Shown here: one piece after another, positions 38,307-50,086 of the stretch
Layout of the letters: every line of letters begins with the position of its first letter
Numbering within the stretch: the first letter of the stretch is position 1
Assembly: GCF_964204645.1 (NCBI RefSeq)
Contig: NC_134026.1
Span: forward strand, 6,409,950-6,473,949
Direction: 5' to 3'
DNA length: 64,000 bases
Origin: Tubulanus polymorphus
Lineage: Eukaryota > Animalia > Nemertea
Position numbers and translations under genes: made by a program
The notes under the pieces: model-generated
What the model saw: only the letters and a program-made list of their open reading frames with translations
Database searches by the model: none
What the model was told of the DNA's origin: nothing

Positions 38307-41300
38307 ATGGCCAAAGATAGAGTCGATCCCGACCGAGAGGGGCATTATAATGTTAAACACGCATTCAATTCCACTGCCGGATATTCCAGTATCGGACCTA
38401 TAGTTGAAATAGAACGTAAGATGTAATAATAGATAACTATCGGTTCTAGTGCTCATTTCTAGGTTCTAAGGCGATATTTCTAAAATGTTTCATATCAATT
38501 TATCCTATTTACAGACACTGCCGCTAAAGCATGTCCGTGTTTTCCTTCGTGGTATCGAAGAGAGGCTAAAACAGCATTTGGATTGGCATGGCCAATGGTG
38601 CGTAGATTAAGTCTGCATTAGTATATCGCAATCTCGACCTTTACCAAGCAAACAGTACATAGCAATTAAAACCTAACTCTTACTGATCGCTTCACAGAAT
38701 GACTTACGCAAAGTTTCATTTAAGTTCCATCAGTAACGTGTTATCATGACTAATGGAACTTAAACTTGTTCTATGGTTTGAATTGGTTTATTAATATTCT
38801 TTCCTGATGTACGTAGTTGAATGAAAATATTATTCAGTAAATTGTATCCGTAATTCGACTGTGTTACTCTGTCCTTTATCGTACTATTTCAATTTCAAGG
38901 TGATGACGACTTTATTTAATTTTCTTATGGCTCCGATCTCACTAATATTTGTCGGTAAACTGGGAACTGTGAGTTTGGGTGGCGCAGCACTCGCGAATAC
39001 TGTAAGTATTACGACCATTTTGATGAAACACTCCGAGTCCGTGTTGTATACGATGATATTAAATCCCTGCACACCAATGAAGAATATGTAGGCTACGAAA
39101 TGCTTCCTTGAGCTAATAGTGTATTCAAAGTTTTGAATTAATCCTATTAGCCATCTCCAGAAGTATGTTTTTCAGTATTCGCTTTCAGAATTCAGTATTC
39201 TTGAAGTATTCATGAAGGATGTATTTTATTGGCACATATTTTCATTCTTATTGTAGGATTTTATATTGCTGTATGTATATATAATCTGTTTGAATTATTC
39301 GCATATTCTGTTATCATTTTCTTAGGTAATCAATGTATTTGGCATCGCTGTTGGAGTTGGCGTCAGTTCAGCTGTAGACACTCTTATTTCACAGGTTATA
39401 TTCAACTTGTTTCTAGTATTTTTTTAAAACTTTTTTTTACGTGTTTGAATTAAAGTAAAAAATATTACGAATTTTTCCTTATATTACTTCAGACATATGG
39501 AGCGAAAAATGACATGATGATTGGAATAATATTACAAAGAAGTAAATATTCTGAATATACATTTATATCAATTCTTCCCCCGCATTGGAACATGGGAGCA
39601 TTGTGAAAATTCCCGATATCCTCAGGTCCAAATCTCTGCTACACAAACCTGGCCCTGCGTAAATAGCCTCTTGCGATATCATCAGGTTCGAATCCTTGCA
39701 GACGGAGTAATAAACGATTAAACGCACGCAATTCTGAATGTTTCAGGTCTAATGATTGTATCACTATTTGTCGTTCCTTGTTGGGTATTGCATTTGAATA
39801 TAACCAGTATATTCATTCTGATTGGTCAAGATCGAGAAACTTCGATGTAAGTCTACGAAATTTCGTCCTCTATTTTGCTCGATAAGATAATTTACACAGC
39901 CTTTCGTATTTTTCTTCAGAATAGCTGGTGATTATGTGCTATATTTTATGCCTGGTCTTCTCGTAAGTTTGAACGAAAGCGAATTCATTCGCTCCGATTC
40001 GATGAAACTATTTCAGGAATATGAAATAGATATGAATTGTTTACTTTTCTGTTCTTGTCTTACTTTCTAGTTTGATTACATTTACCAAGTTCTCACAAAG
40101 TACCTTTACAATCAGGTTCGGAATCCATTCCATCTATCAGTACCCTTTAAATCCGCCATGAATCATTGTTATCTTTACACTTACAATGGTTGATTCCTGA
40201 TCATTTCGAAACATTTCAAAAAATAATGTTTTGATGAAAACGTATATTAAATCAAACCTCTTTCCCTAAAAACATCTATTTTATTACTCTGTCTTTTTAG
40301 TATTGAATTGAATATTGTAATTGTAATGTAAGGGATACGGAATATGTAATGAATTTGTTTTTTTTCACAAATTTTCAGAATATAGTCTATCCGGGAATAG
40401 TGTTCGGTATTATCGGCTCGTCTGTCAATGTTATCGGTCATTTGATACTCGTTGATCTTCTCGGTACGAAGTAAGTCACATCGCTTCGACCCTGTCCTGG
40501 AAATTCCTAGAAATCTCCCTCAAACAAAAGATATACTCACACGATTAAGAAAAAAATTCCAGGAACTATTTCTACATCACAGAATCTATGACTTCGTCTA
40601 TTTGATATCACTCAATATCAATAATTTTTTTGTAGTGGTTCTGCAATTGCCCAAGTCATCACATATTTCTCCATGGTTGTATGTGCTTTAGTCTATATAT
40701 TTTGGTCAGGCGTTTACAAAAACAACTGGCCAGGTAGGTAACAATCTACGAAGTCAAAGACTATCCCTCTCTCTTTCTGATTTAATAAACTAATTATCTC
40801 ATTTTGATATATATCTTCCTCTTTTTCCAGGTTGGTCGGTAGAAAGTTTCCAGGAGTGGGGACCTTTCTTCTCACTCGGAATTCCCGGTTTATTGATGGT
40901 GTTTCTAGAATGGGGAAGTTTCGAAATCGGGACCATTCTCACAGGTTCAGTTTTTATCTTCTTATTTTGTGTGTGCTTTATGTGACGAAAATGTGAAGAT
41001 TAAGATTAATCTTCATATATCGAGTTACGACTTATCAATCAATTATAAATGATTTTGAGCTTTTTATACAAAACTAAATGAAATGAAGCGATAAATCAAC
41101 GTCGAACTATTCTGTTTTACAAGTAATGATTAAAAGAAATCAGATATTTAGAAAAGTCTGAAAAACCTACGAGTTTGCGGGAGAATCGCTCGAGATTCGA
41201 ACTCGGGTCGCCGGTTACGGAATGGATAGACATGACGTCACGGATACTCGCTAACGAACCGCTTGGATCCAGTGGGTCATATAGTCTCGAGACGCACGTC

Positions 41301-44286
41301 GCACGTGAAAAATATAACAACGACAAAACCATGTTTACGTCGTCTCTGGTATAATTTCGAGTTTCCACGTTTTGATCGGATAATGAAATGTGAATCGTTT
41401 TCAATCTTTCAGGTTTATTGGATGTTGTTCAACTGGACGCTCAAGCGATCGGGTTTCAAATACAATCTATTTGTTATATGGTAATCACTGTTTTGATTTC
41501 AATCGATTTCATCGATTTCAATTATAGATCCACACAGAGGACTCGCAATCGTCGATACTTTGTATATTTGTAAATATCTGCAGGTACCGCTTGGATTTTC
41601 GATATCGGCTAATATTCGAGTGGGTCAGTTGCTCGGGAACGGCGAGGCTCTGCAAGCGAAACGAGCCGCCCTCGCCTGTCTGTCCATGGTTTGTGAGTTG
41701 ACGATTTGTTGAAAAATTGGAAACAAATAATATGATTGAATTATTATGATTGAATTATATGATAACAATTACGAATGATACCTTAATAACTGCTTTAATG
41801 GGGTCCTTCATATATGTGCCACAAATGGAAGATATGTTTACTTAAAAAACAGGATTAGACTTTAACTTTAACTTTAGAAATCAAACAGTAACTGTTCCTT
41901 CAACAATGTTATCTTTTTAAAAAAAGGTTGTACTGCTGTTACTGTAGCCGTGATCGTCGCATCTTTGCGTACAGTCATTCCACTTGTGTTCACTGTTGAT
42001 GAGTAAGTACAACATTACCATTGTTTGACTTTCGTTTTCTGGGCTGATTGTGGGATTTGTTTTCTTCATAATCTGCTTACACGGAGATCGAATATAATCT
42101 CGACCGATATTTTGACTTGTCTATACTATTATTCAATGTATAGCCTTTTTTTAATAACTTGGTTTACGGGGTAGACCTATTAAAATATCATTTTGAAGGA
42201 GGAAATAAAAATAAAAAATAAAATTCCCTTAGTGAGATAAAATCACTTTTTGAAGGAAGAGGGAACTGTCGATAGGGCAATATACATATGTCCAAACAAA
42301 TGATTCTTGAAAAGTTCGAATTCTGCACACTGCGATCAAAAAAGAACCTTGTGTTATTCAAGCCAGGATTCTCATTCGGCGGAGGTGAAAAACCTCTATT
42401 TTCCTCGTTTTTCCACTGAATTTGTTCCAGACGGGAATACAAATTAAAAAAGATCTTTTTATTTGACTTTTCTTCAAATTTCGGGAGGCGGTTCCCGTAA
42501 ACCAAGCTATTAAAAAAAGGCCTAATGTAATCGCAGTATTCCACGTGATGTTGATTGTTTGTATTTGGAACGTTGTCGTCCGTTGTAATGTCCAAAAATG
42601 ATCAAACCTTATAATCGTGTGACTTCCTAATGAAAGTTGTCTTCTGTGTTTTATATTTATAGGGAAGTGATTAGTTATGCTAGTATAATACTGGCTATTC
42701 TCGCCGCATACGAGATTTTAGATTCGATGGCAGTAAGTACAGACAATCAGGTGTCGATTAATTCCTTATTTGAACACCCATACATTTATACATTTTTTTA
42801 TAAGAATCAAGATAACACAATGTTGCAGCCATCGTTATGAAACCTAAAACCTTTACATCATAAAATTATCTAAGTATTTCATATTCATGAACTTATTTTG
42901 ATAATCGAAATGTTGTATATATTTATAGAGCGTAGGGGCTGGAGTTTTACGAGGATGTGGACGACAGAATATCGGCGCTTCGATCATCTTTGTAGGTTAT
43001 ATCTTAGTAGCATTACCTACTGGTATCAGTTTAATGTTTCTAACTGATCTGAAAGCTATAGGTAAAGAGAGTACAGAACCGTCATCTTTATAATGACATG
43101 ATGTAGAACTATTGAGATATGAGCGAGTCACGTAGACAAGCGATCTAATGCAGCAATTCATAATGTACAATTTCTTAAGATATATCTTTAAGATAGTGTT
43201 ATTAAAAATGCATTTATTTCTTATTCCAGTTAATAATCATTGATTGTAGATCATAAATTCTTATATCATGTATAGAATATATTCATTTATTCTCTAATAG
43301 GGTGCACTTTTTTTCTTATCTCAGGTTTATGGTTCGGACTGATGTCTGGTCTGATCGTTGTCAACGTGTCATATGTGTTCCTATTTTTGAGAATGAACTG
43401 GGACGAACAAGCTAAAAACGTGAATATACCAAATTATTCCTCATCATTTCATAGTTTTGCGATGCCGGTATTTTTGTCGAGCAACCGAAGCGCCACGACT
43501 TTGAAATCAGATTCTGTGTATATGATTTCTATGATTTTTTGTTTGTAATTCTACGAGTTTAGGCTAAAATCAGGGCAGGAATTGCCGCGAGGACTGCTGC
43601 AGCCGAGAAAGAGACAGGGGAAACGAAATTCGTAACAGGCGCCGAAACAGATCGTAAGCATTTCGTTTTTACAGATTTCGTATGAGCTTCAACTGTAACA
43701 TTGTTTACGACTTATAAATCAAATATAGTAGCCTTTCATAAATAAGTCAATATCTAGACTTCCAAAGTCAAGAAAAATATGTATATCAAATCACACAAAC
43801 GGCTCAGTTTATGGCTTTCGAAATCGTGACTGATGATACGTAAATGAAACGCGCCGTGGGTTGAGACTACTTTATTTCCAATCAATTAACCCTGATAGCA
43901 TATTTATCATACACATGTAAATAACGTGTGTAATTTCTAGATTCAGTGCTTCATACGTTTATACTAGATCGATAATCCTTGTCATCATTATAATTGTCTC
44001 TGATGTTACAGCATTGCTGATCAGCGAGCGCTCCCAAAAACGCACCAGCTTCGACTACAGCAGTACAAATATCAACAAAGACTATAAATCAAAACTCACC
44101 TCAAAAGAATTGATTTACAGAAGAGGATTGACTTTCATGCTCGCGATGATGTTAATAGCGATCGGTATTTACATGCGATTAACTTTTCGAGTAGAACGCT
44201 GCGTTTTGCGTCCTGAAAACGGGACTCAACCACTTTACAATTCAACATTACCGTTCTGTTCACAGAATCATACACTTTTTGTATGA
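38307..44286 (+). CDS. Multidrug and toxin extrusion (MATE/SLC47-like) transporter, ~19 coding exons
   Basis: LAWPM, FVGKLGTVSLGGAALANT, GVSSAVDTLISQTYG, GWSVESFQEWGPFFSLGIPG..MVFLEW, PLGFSISANIRVGQLLG, GVLRGCGRQNIGA, GLWFGL, W..QA, plus the C-terminal 13th TM (LIYRRGLTF) typical of animal SLC47. Confidence 0.93.
41178..41270 (-). mobile_element. tRNA-derived SINE-like head in a MATE intron
   Basis: Minus strand has the T-arm/B-box CGAGTTCGAATCTCG but no complete cloverleaf. Confidence 0.45.
42142..42522. mobile_element. MITE with ~30-bp TIR (Zator-like ends) in a MATE intron
   Basis: GCCTTTTTTTAATAACTTGGTTTACGGG...CCCGTAAACCAAGCTATTAAAAAAAGGCC. Confidence 0.75.
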
Positions 44287-44662
44287 ATTCTTTTACAGCG
44301 AATGAACAAAGAGTGATGTCAAAAACTACTGAAAAGTTGAAACATCGACAAACTAAAAATAAAAAAAAGCTCCGGACTTTATAAACTTAAACCTATTCCA
44401 ATTTCATTCGTTTAAAATTGGTTTTGAGTTTTACACCGAATATTCGCAGCTCTTGATAAATTTTCAATTTGTCGATGTTTAAAACTTTTCGGTATTTTTT
44501 ATGGTGGGTTTGAGACGCTCTTGTCGTTAATCACAATTTCTACCTCTTTATAGTGAATATAATATAGCGAATAGATAAATACCATACAATTTCTAATTCA
44601 TTTTTTTATTGAGTATTCAATTGGGTTTTACTAACGGAATAGAATCGATATATCGTTCTGTT

Positions 44663-47600
44663 TTAAACCACTCTTGGGAAGATGCAACTAGAACATGTAC
44701 GGCAACCATCCCCTGAAAAAGTGAGAAAGAAAACAATGATGCTATAGAGATTACGGGAATTGGTACGCAATATAAAATCCCATACTTAAGACAGCAAAAA
44801 CTGTCTAAAATCCGCCCTCAAGCTGATTATTCTTGAAGATGACCACTCGGATAGAGTTGTAACGTCGAATGGATTTTATCAGTTCGAGGAAAAATTTCGG
44901 ACCACTTTTATTTCTACGTCTATGTAGTATGCAGGGATTTTATACTATATTTTCATTACAGCACGGACTCAGAGTCTTTCGAAATACAAAATCGTCGAGT
45001 TTTTTTGTCACTTGGAAACTGAACTTACGTGGAAGTTTTTCGTAATAACAATAATGAAGTCTCATTTGTAAATTGCTTTCATTAGTATAACATTTGGGTC
45101 CGTTGCCACTTTCGCAGTGCGTTGTACGATCTCCGTATTTACTTCCCCAAGCGATCGATCCGTGTGTTACATTCATACCGTAAACAAGCTGACATCCGTA
45201 AGCGAATCTTTCCCTACGAAACCACATCTTTATCGTTAGTATTTTCAATTTCAGAATTTAAGGAAATGTAGGTTAAAATGTAGGTTAATCGATAGGTAAC
45301 GCCTTAGAAATCTTTAAAAAGCTGAAACCAGCTCCACAGTCCTTAATTTGACTCAAAATTAATTCTATAATTCACAACTGTATAGAACTGGATCTACGTA
45401 TCATCTTTTTTTCATACGATCAGACGCGGCCTCTCGCCTTCTCGTTCGAACCTTCTCGCTGGACCAAGGCGTCTTCCATGTGTCGTAACAGCTGTCGAAT
45501 GTAGTGAAGCCAATATGCGTGACGCTAGGCCAACAAGATATTATATACTTTTCGAAGATTTAGAAGATTAGAAAAACAACAATTTATCCGTCGTTTCGGA
45601 AATATTCCTGGTCCAACTAGGAGGATTACTGTGCCCTTTATCAGCCACGATAGAATGTAGTAGAGATAATGCATACTGGAATAGATAGAATGGTTTATCA
45701 GTAGGAAGAACTATTTCATCCGTATATTTCCCATCCTTTTTACAGCAGAAATTTATGGTGGTTTTATCCGTCAGAAAAGAACCAGTGGGGACTGTTCCAT
45801 CATTTTTACCATGAGTGTGACCAGTCCATCGCACCCACGACGAATAGAAACCTTCAAATAGAAAATTACAGTCATAATAATAAACGTTGCGACACGTTAG
45901 CCAAAAGCATATGCAGAGTCCTCTACGGAAGCGTCCTGGAGACATATTTGTTAAAAGAAAATTCGAGGCTTATTCGAGGCTTAATAAACTGGAAATTAGT
46001 TGAATGTGATTTTCGAGGTTTACTCCCAGTTTGTATCTCGACTTACAAACTCGGAATCAACCTCGAATGTTTTTTTTTTGCAAAAAGATATGTCCCCAGG
46101 ACGCTTCCGTAGTTCGTTCCATATCGTGATTTAGATCTTATACACGTGATGTCACAAAGGGTCAATACACATGTCGTTTGTGAAAGAGGTATATACGTCG
46201 CCTATGTGCGTCCAACCGAAACATTGATACCGTCTTTCGACGTAATAACATCAATGAGACCCCAACAATAACAATGACAATGAAAATACTATCAGGGCAC
46301 ATAAAAAACTTGGTAGATTTCCTAATGGGAATTAGGTAAGTATGGCTGAGTCACGTTGGAAAAGCATAAACTACGTAACTCACCACTTGGACAGTATTCA
46401 CCGTTTTTGAATATACAGTATCTTCCTACTGGCCAGTTTACATTCGTGTTTTTCTCTTGTTCGCTGTCCCTCGATTCTGACTTCATACAAAAATGTTGTT
46501 TGATCCAATTTCTGTTAATCGAATCAGATTGCCAATGCGTTTCAATCGTTGCGTCCCATTTATTTCGATTTGAAACTTGCATATATCTCGAACCATGCTC
46601 CCACGTGCCCGATGGGCACCCAGTTTTCGTCTTGGGCAATCCGTATGAACCGCGCGGCCATTTCAACTTGAATTCCATCACTTGGTCTGAAATCAATTTC
46701 GACAAGAGGAAGTAAACATGGGGTTGGGTCTACAGTCGAGCAACTCTAATAGCGAGGCATATTTTGGTCCATCTTCTCGGGATCTTCGGACGTTATTCTC
46801 AGGAGTTTTACCGTTCTCGGTTCAAGTTCTATCAAGTCTATCTCAGGGTTCGGTTCCTCAGTCAGAGAGTCAGAGAAATTTGGTTCAAAAGTGGTGTTAA
46901 ATCTTAACACTGGACCTGAGTAGTAAGATTGGCTTTGTTGGTTGAAGACTGGTTTTGAATCCAAGCTCAGACTATGAAAGCGGCCCAAGAGTTTTAAAAT
47001 TGGTTAATTTCCGACTTTTTAACTTTTTAAGTCAAATTTTAAATCAGAACTGTGGAACTGAGTCCTATGATCTGGTATCTCACCTTCGATTGGGTATCTG
47101 CTACGTTCGCTGAGATGTATGATATTTCTAATTGTATCGGTTACATTTTCAACCTTTAAATCATTGCAATGCGAACCACGCGTTCCCTTTGTTAACGCGA
47201 CCAAGTCCGTTATTGGCATCAGTGTCCATCTTATAGGTTGATTCGAAATGTCAGATGTGTGCATTTCTAAATAATTTGCGCTCATTTTTTCTGCACGAAT
47301 GCGTTCAAATACCTCTCTTGCTAGTACAGAATTTCTGTAAGGTTCGTCATCAATCGCTAGAGTCAGGCCATCACCTTTGAAGCAAATCTTAATTGGGGAG
47401 GCTTTCTACAATGCAAATAAGATCGAGAAACATTTGCAATGTGAAAATATGAAATTATGTTTAGCTGTTTTTATGAGGATTTTGAATACTAAAACTACTG
47501 AAACGTAATTCTTTACTACATAATTCAGTTCTCAAGCTGCAATTCTCAAGATTCTTTTAACATACTCGAAATGACGACATTAAACTTGACACCTCGTTTC

Positions 47601-49225
47601 AAAGTTCGATGATACAATATCTAACTAATGTAAGACGCCTTTCTAGTTTAATGTAAGATCCTACAAAATATATTAAGAATGAAATGTTCCCTTGAGCTAG
47701 TAGTTTATCATATATTTCGAATATACGTATCTTAGTAGTCATCTTCAGGAATACTGCAATATGAATTACGGTACCAAGAAATAGTCTCACTTACTTCAAG
47801 AGCAAAATTCAGGAATGTTTTACGGTTAATGCTATAGCGGCTTGCGGCAAGATCACCAACATCTAGGCCTGTTACAACGTGCTAAAAATACATACAAACA
47901 CTTTCGATCACAAATCTACGTAACGATGTCATTGACGTTTCGTTCGACGCATTTCTTACAGTGCCCCATTGACGTATAAACCTTGAGACCGCCCTGGCAT
48001 TCGTGAAATCTACCGAACACAATTCACCGGCAAAATCTGGATCAACCAGCTCAGGACTTCCGGGACGTCTGGTCATCCTTAAGCGACCTTCACCTTTAGA
48101 GCACTCGGTTAAACGTGTCACCAACACGTTCCTATATTCGAGAGTTTGTCTGGAAACACTTTCAAACTCTGAATAGATACGAATATTAAAGATGTTACAC
48201 TAAACCTCGCCTAACTCTGACAAACTAAAATAACTTTAGGAAGACGGAAAAATGATTTCGTTTTTGTCCGAGAGTGTCGAGAGTCTGAGTACGCAATGCC
48301 GGTGATTATGCGGGTTTACTCTTATTTCTTTTTTGCGAAAATATCATTCAAGGAACAAAACAAAATGTCAAAAGTTTTGATTTTCTTACCTTCACTTGAA
48401 GTGAATGAGGCGTTCGTGAATTCATCATCTGTAATACAAATGGAGACTAATAGAATATGTGTAGAGAAACTTTGTTTTCCAAACAAAAACCAAATAAAAA
48501 TCAGTGCAAAGTTTGCTTAAGACCAATCTAAGCTCATTTTGGTTCTATAGAATCTAACAACTTAATTTTAATTCTGTAGCAGATATAGCAAGTTAAGACT
48601 AGTTTTTTCCATGGAGTTGGGCCGTGTATGGTTTTCTCAATTTTACCTTGTACGAGGTGAGTTTGTTGAATGTTCTGAAACGATTTACTTCCAGTTATGA
48701 ACTTGTACTGTTGTTTGCTAATACAATTAGCGAGTCTTTCGAATGAGATGACGTTACCTCGCGAATAACTAGAATACAATCAGTTCTTCATATGTCATTT
48801 AGGTTTCCAAAGAATAATCATCAGTATAGACTCGTCAGAAACAGTGTAATGCCCTGATATTTCGGGCGTAAGAAGCCCGTTAAGGGTATACAGTCGCATT
48901 ATGCTGTTTATAAATCTGGCCAAATACATGATTGTAAAATTACATTCCATGTCTATTCTTTGTAGCATTTCAGTACATGTATGGCAAATGATTATCTATC
49001 CGTCTTGACCTTTTAACACCATACGTACCTTTTCGTCGAGGTTTTCGGAGAAAAGTCCAAAATTCGTCGAGTCAATTTCAAACCGGGGTCTGCATATCCG
49101 AGCGTAGGGTCTGCACGCCTGATGTCGTAGCCTAAACCTAAACCTGTATATCTAGGCTGAGGAATGGTGCGGGTCGCCACTATGACCGCAATAAGGCTGG
49201 ATAGTACCACGTACCACATCATCAT
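44663..49225 (-). CDS. Apextrin-like secreted protein copy A: signal peptide + MACPF + ApeC; 10 coding exons
   Basis: MMMWYVVLSSLIAVIVA signal; GLGLGYD...DPG; FIRQWGT|HVVTGLDVG MACPF signature; PIRWTLMPITDL; ApeC motifs WPRGSYGLPK..TGCP, WPVGRYCIFK, FCC...LPTDKPFYL, CQ.V.GM, LHYCYY. Splice phases are consistent up to TAA at 44663. Confidence 0.87.
45923..46112. mobile_element. MITE with 25-bp TIR in an intron of apextrin copy A only
   Basis: CTACGGAAGCGTCCTGGAGACATAT versus ATATGTCCCCAGGACGCTTCCGTAG (24/25 complementary); not seen in the equivalent intron of copy B. Confidence 0.8.
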
Positions 49226-49621
49226 TCCACCAACAGTCACCGAATGAGTAGGCTACAGTGTCGGGGATATTTTGGAACGGTTTGTTTTGTGTGTGGAGTA
49301 ATTTCCGGAGAAAATAACAATAAAAACATAATCGATAGAATTAGGCACAAAAATGAGTCCACTTAACAAACAGTAATTCGAATTATCGAGAGACTACAGA
49401 CCCAGAAATTATAATCGGACAAACAACACAACAATCATACAATCGTATGAATGCATGCATTGAGTGCGTCTATTTCATGTGAATTGATGATAAACATACC
49501 GGAAACTATTAAGGATATGAGATTTTGTCTTAAGGAGTCTATGCACGAGACAAAAACATACATGTTTTGGGGTCGGTTGCAAAGTAATATAGATTTAAGA
49601 CTTTGAAACAAAACTTATATA

Positions 49622-49830
49622 AAAAAGAACTAATTTACAGAGAAGATTGACTTTCATGCTCGCGATGATGTTAATAGCGATCGGTATTTACATGCGATTA
49701 ACTTTTCGAGTAGATCGCTGCGTTTTGCGTCCTGAAAACGGGACTCGACCACTTTTCAACTCCACATTACCGTTCTGTTCACAGAATCAAATGCTTTTTT
49801 GTGTGAATTCTTTCCAGCGAATAAACAAAG
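49622..49830 (+). pseudogene. Orphan duplicate of the 3' part of the last MATE exon
   Basis: TFMLAMMLIAIGIYMRLTFRV.RCVLRPENGT.PL.NSTLPFCSQN matches 44105-44286. It lacks the exon's splice acceptor and 5' part, and the original stop is lost by a frameshift. Confidence 0.88.
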
Positions 49831-50086
49831 AGCTGAAGATTTTCGGTTTTGGGAGAGCGATTTTTCAATGTTCCTCCTTGAAAATAGTTTTCAATTTCCA
49901 AAACCATGTTTCAAAATTTTTCGATTCTTGTTAATGGTGGGTTTGAGACGCCCTCGTCTCAAATCATGCATTTCTACCTCTTGATAGTGAATAAATAAGT
50001 AAAATACGATACAATTTCTAATTCAGTTTTTATTCCGTATTTAATTGAGTTTTATTAACGGAATTGGATCGATATATCGTTCTGTT

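Noticed and set aside
39645-39710. tRNA gene (GGTTCGAATCC)
   Set aside because: B-box/T-arm only, with no acceptor or anticodon stems; the same applies to ~14102 and ~41200. Probably SINE remnants.
49647-49934. Independent small membrane-protein gene
   Set aside because: It is a duplicated fragment of the last MATE exon, lacking its acceptor.
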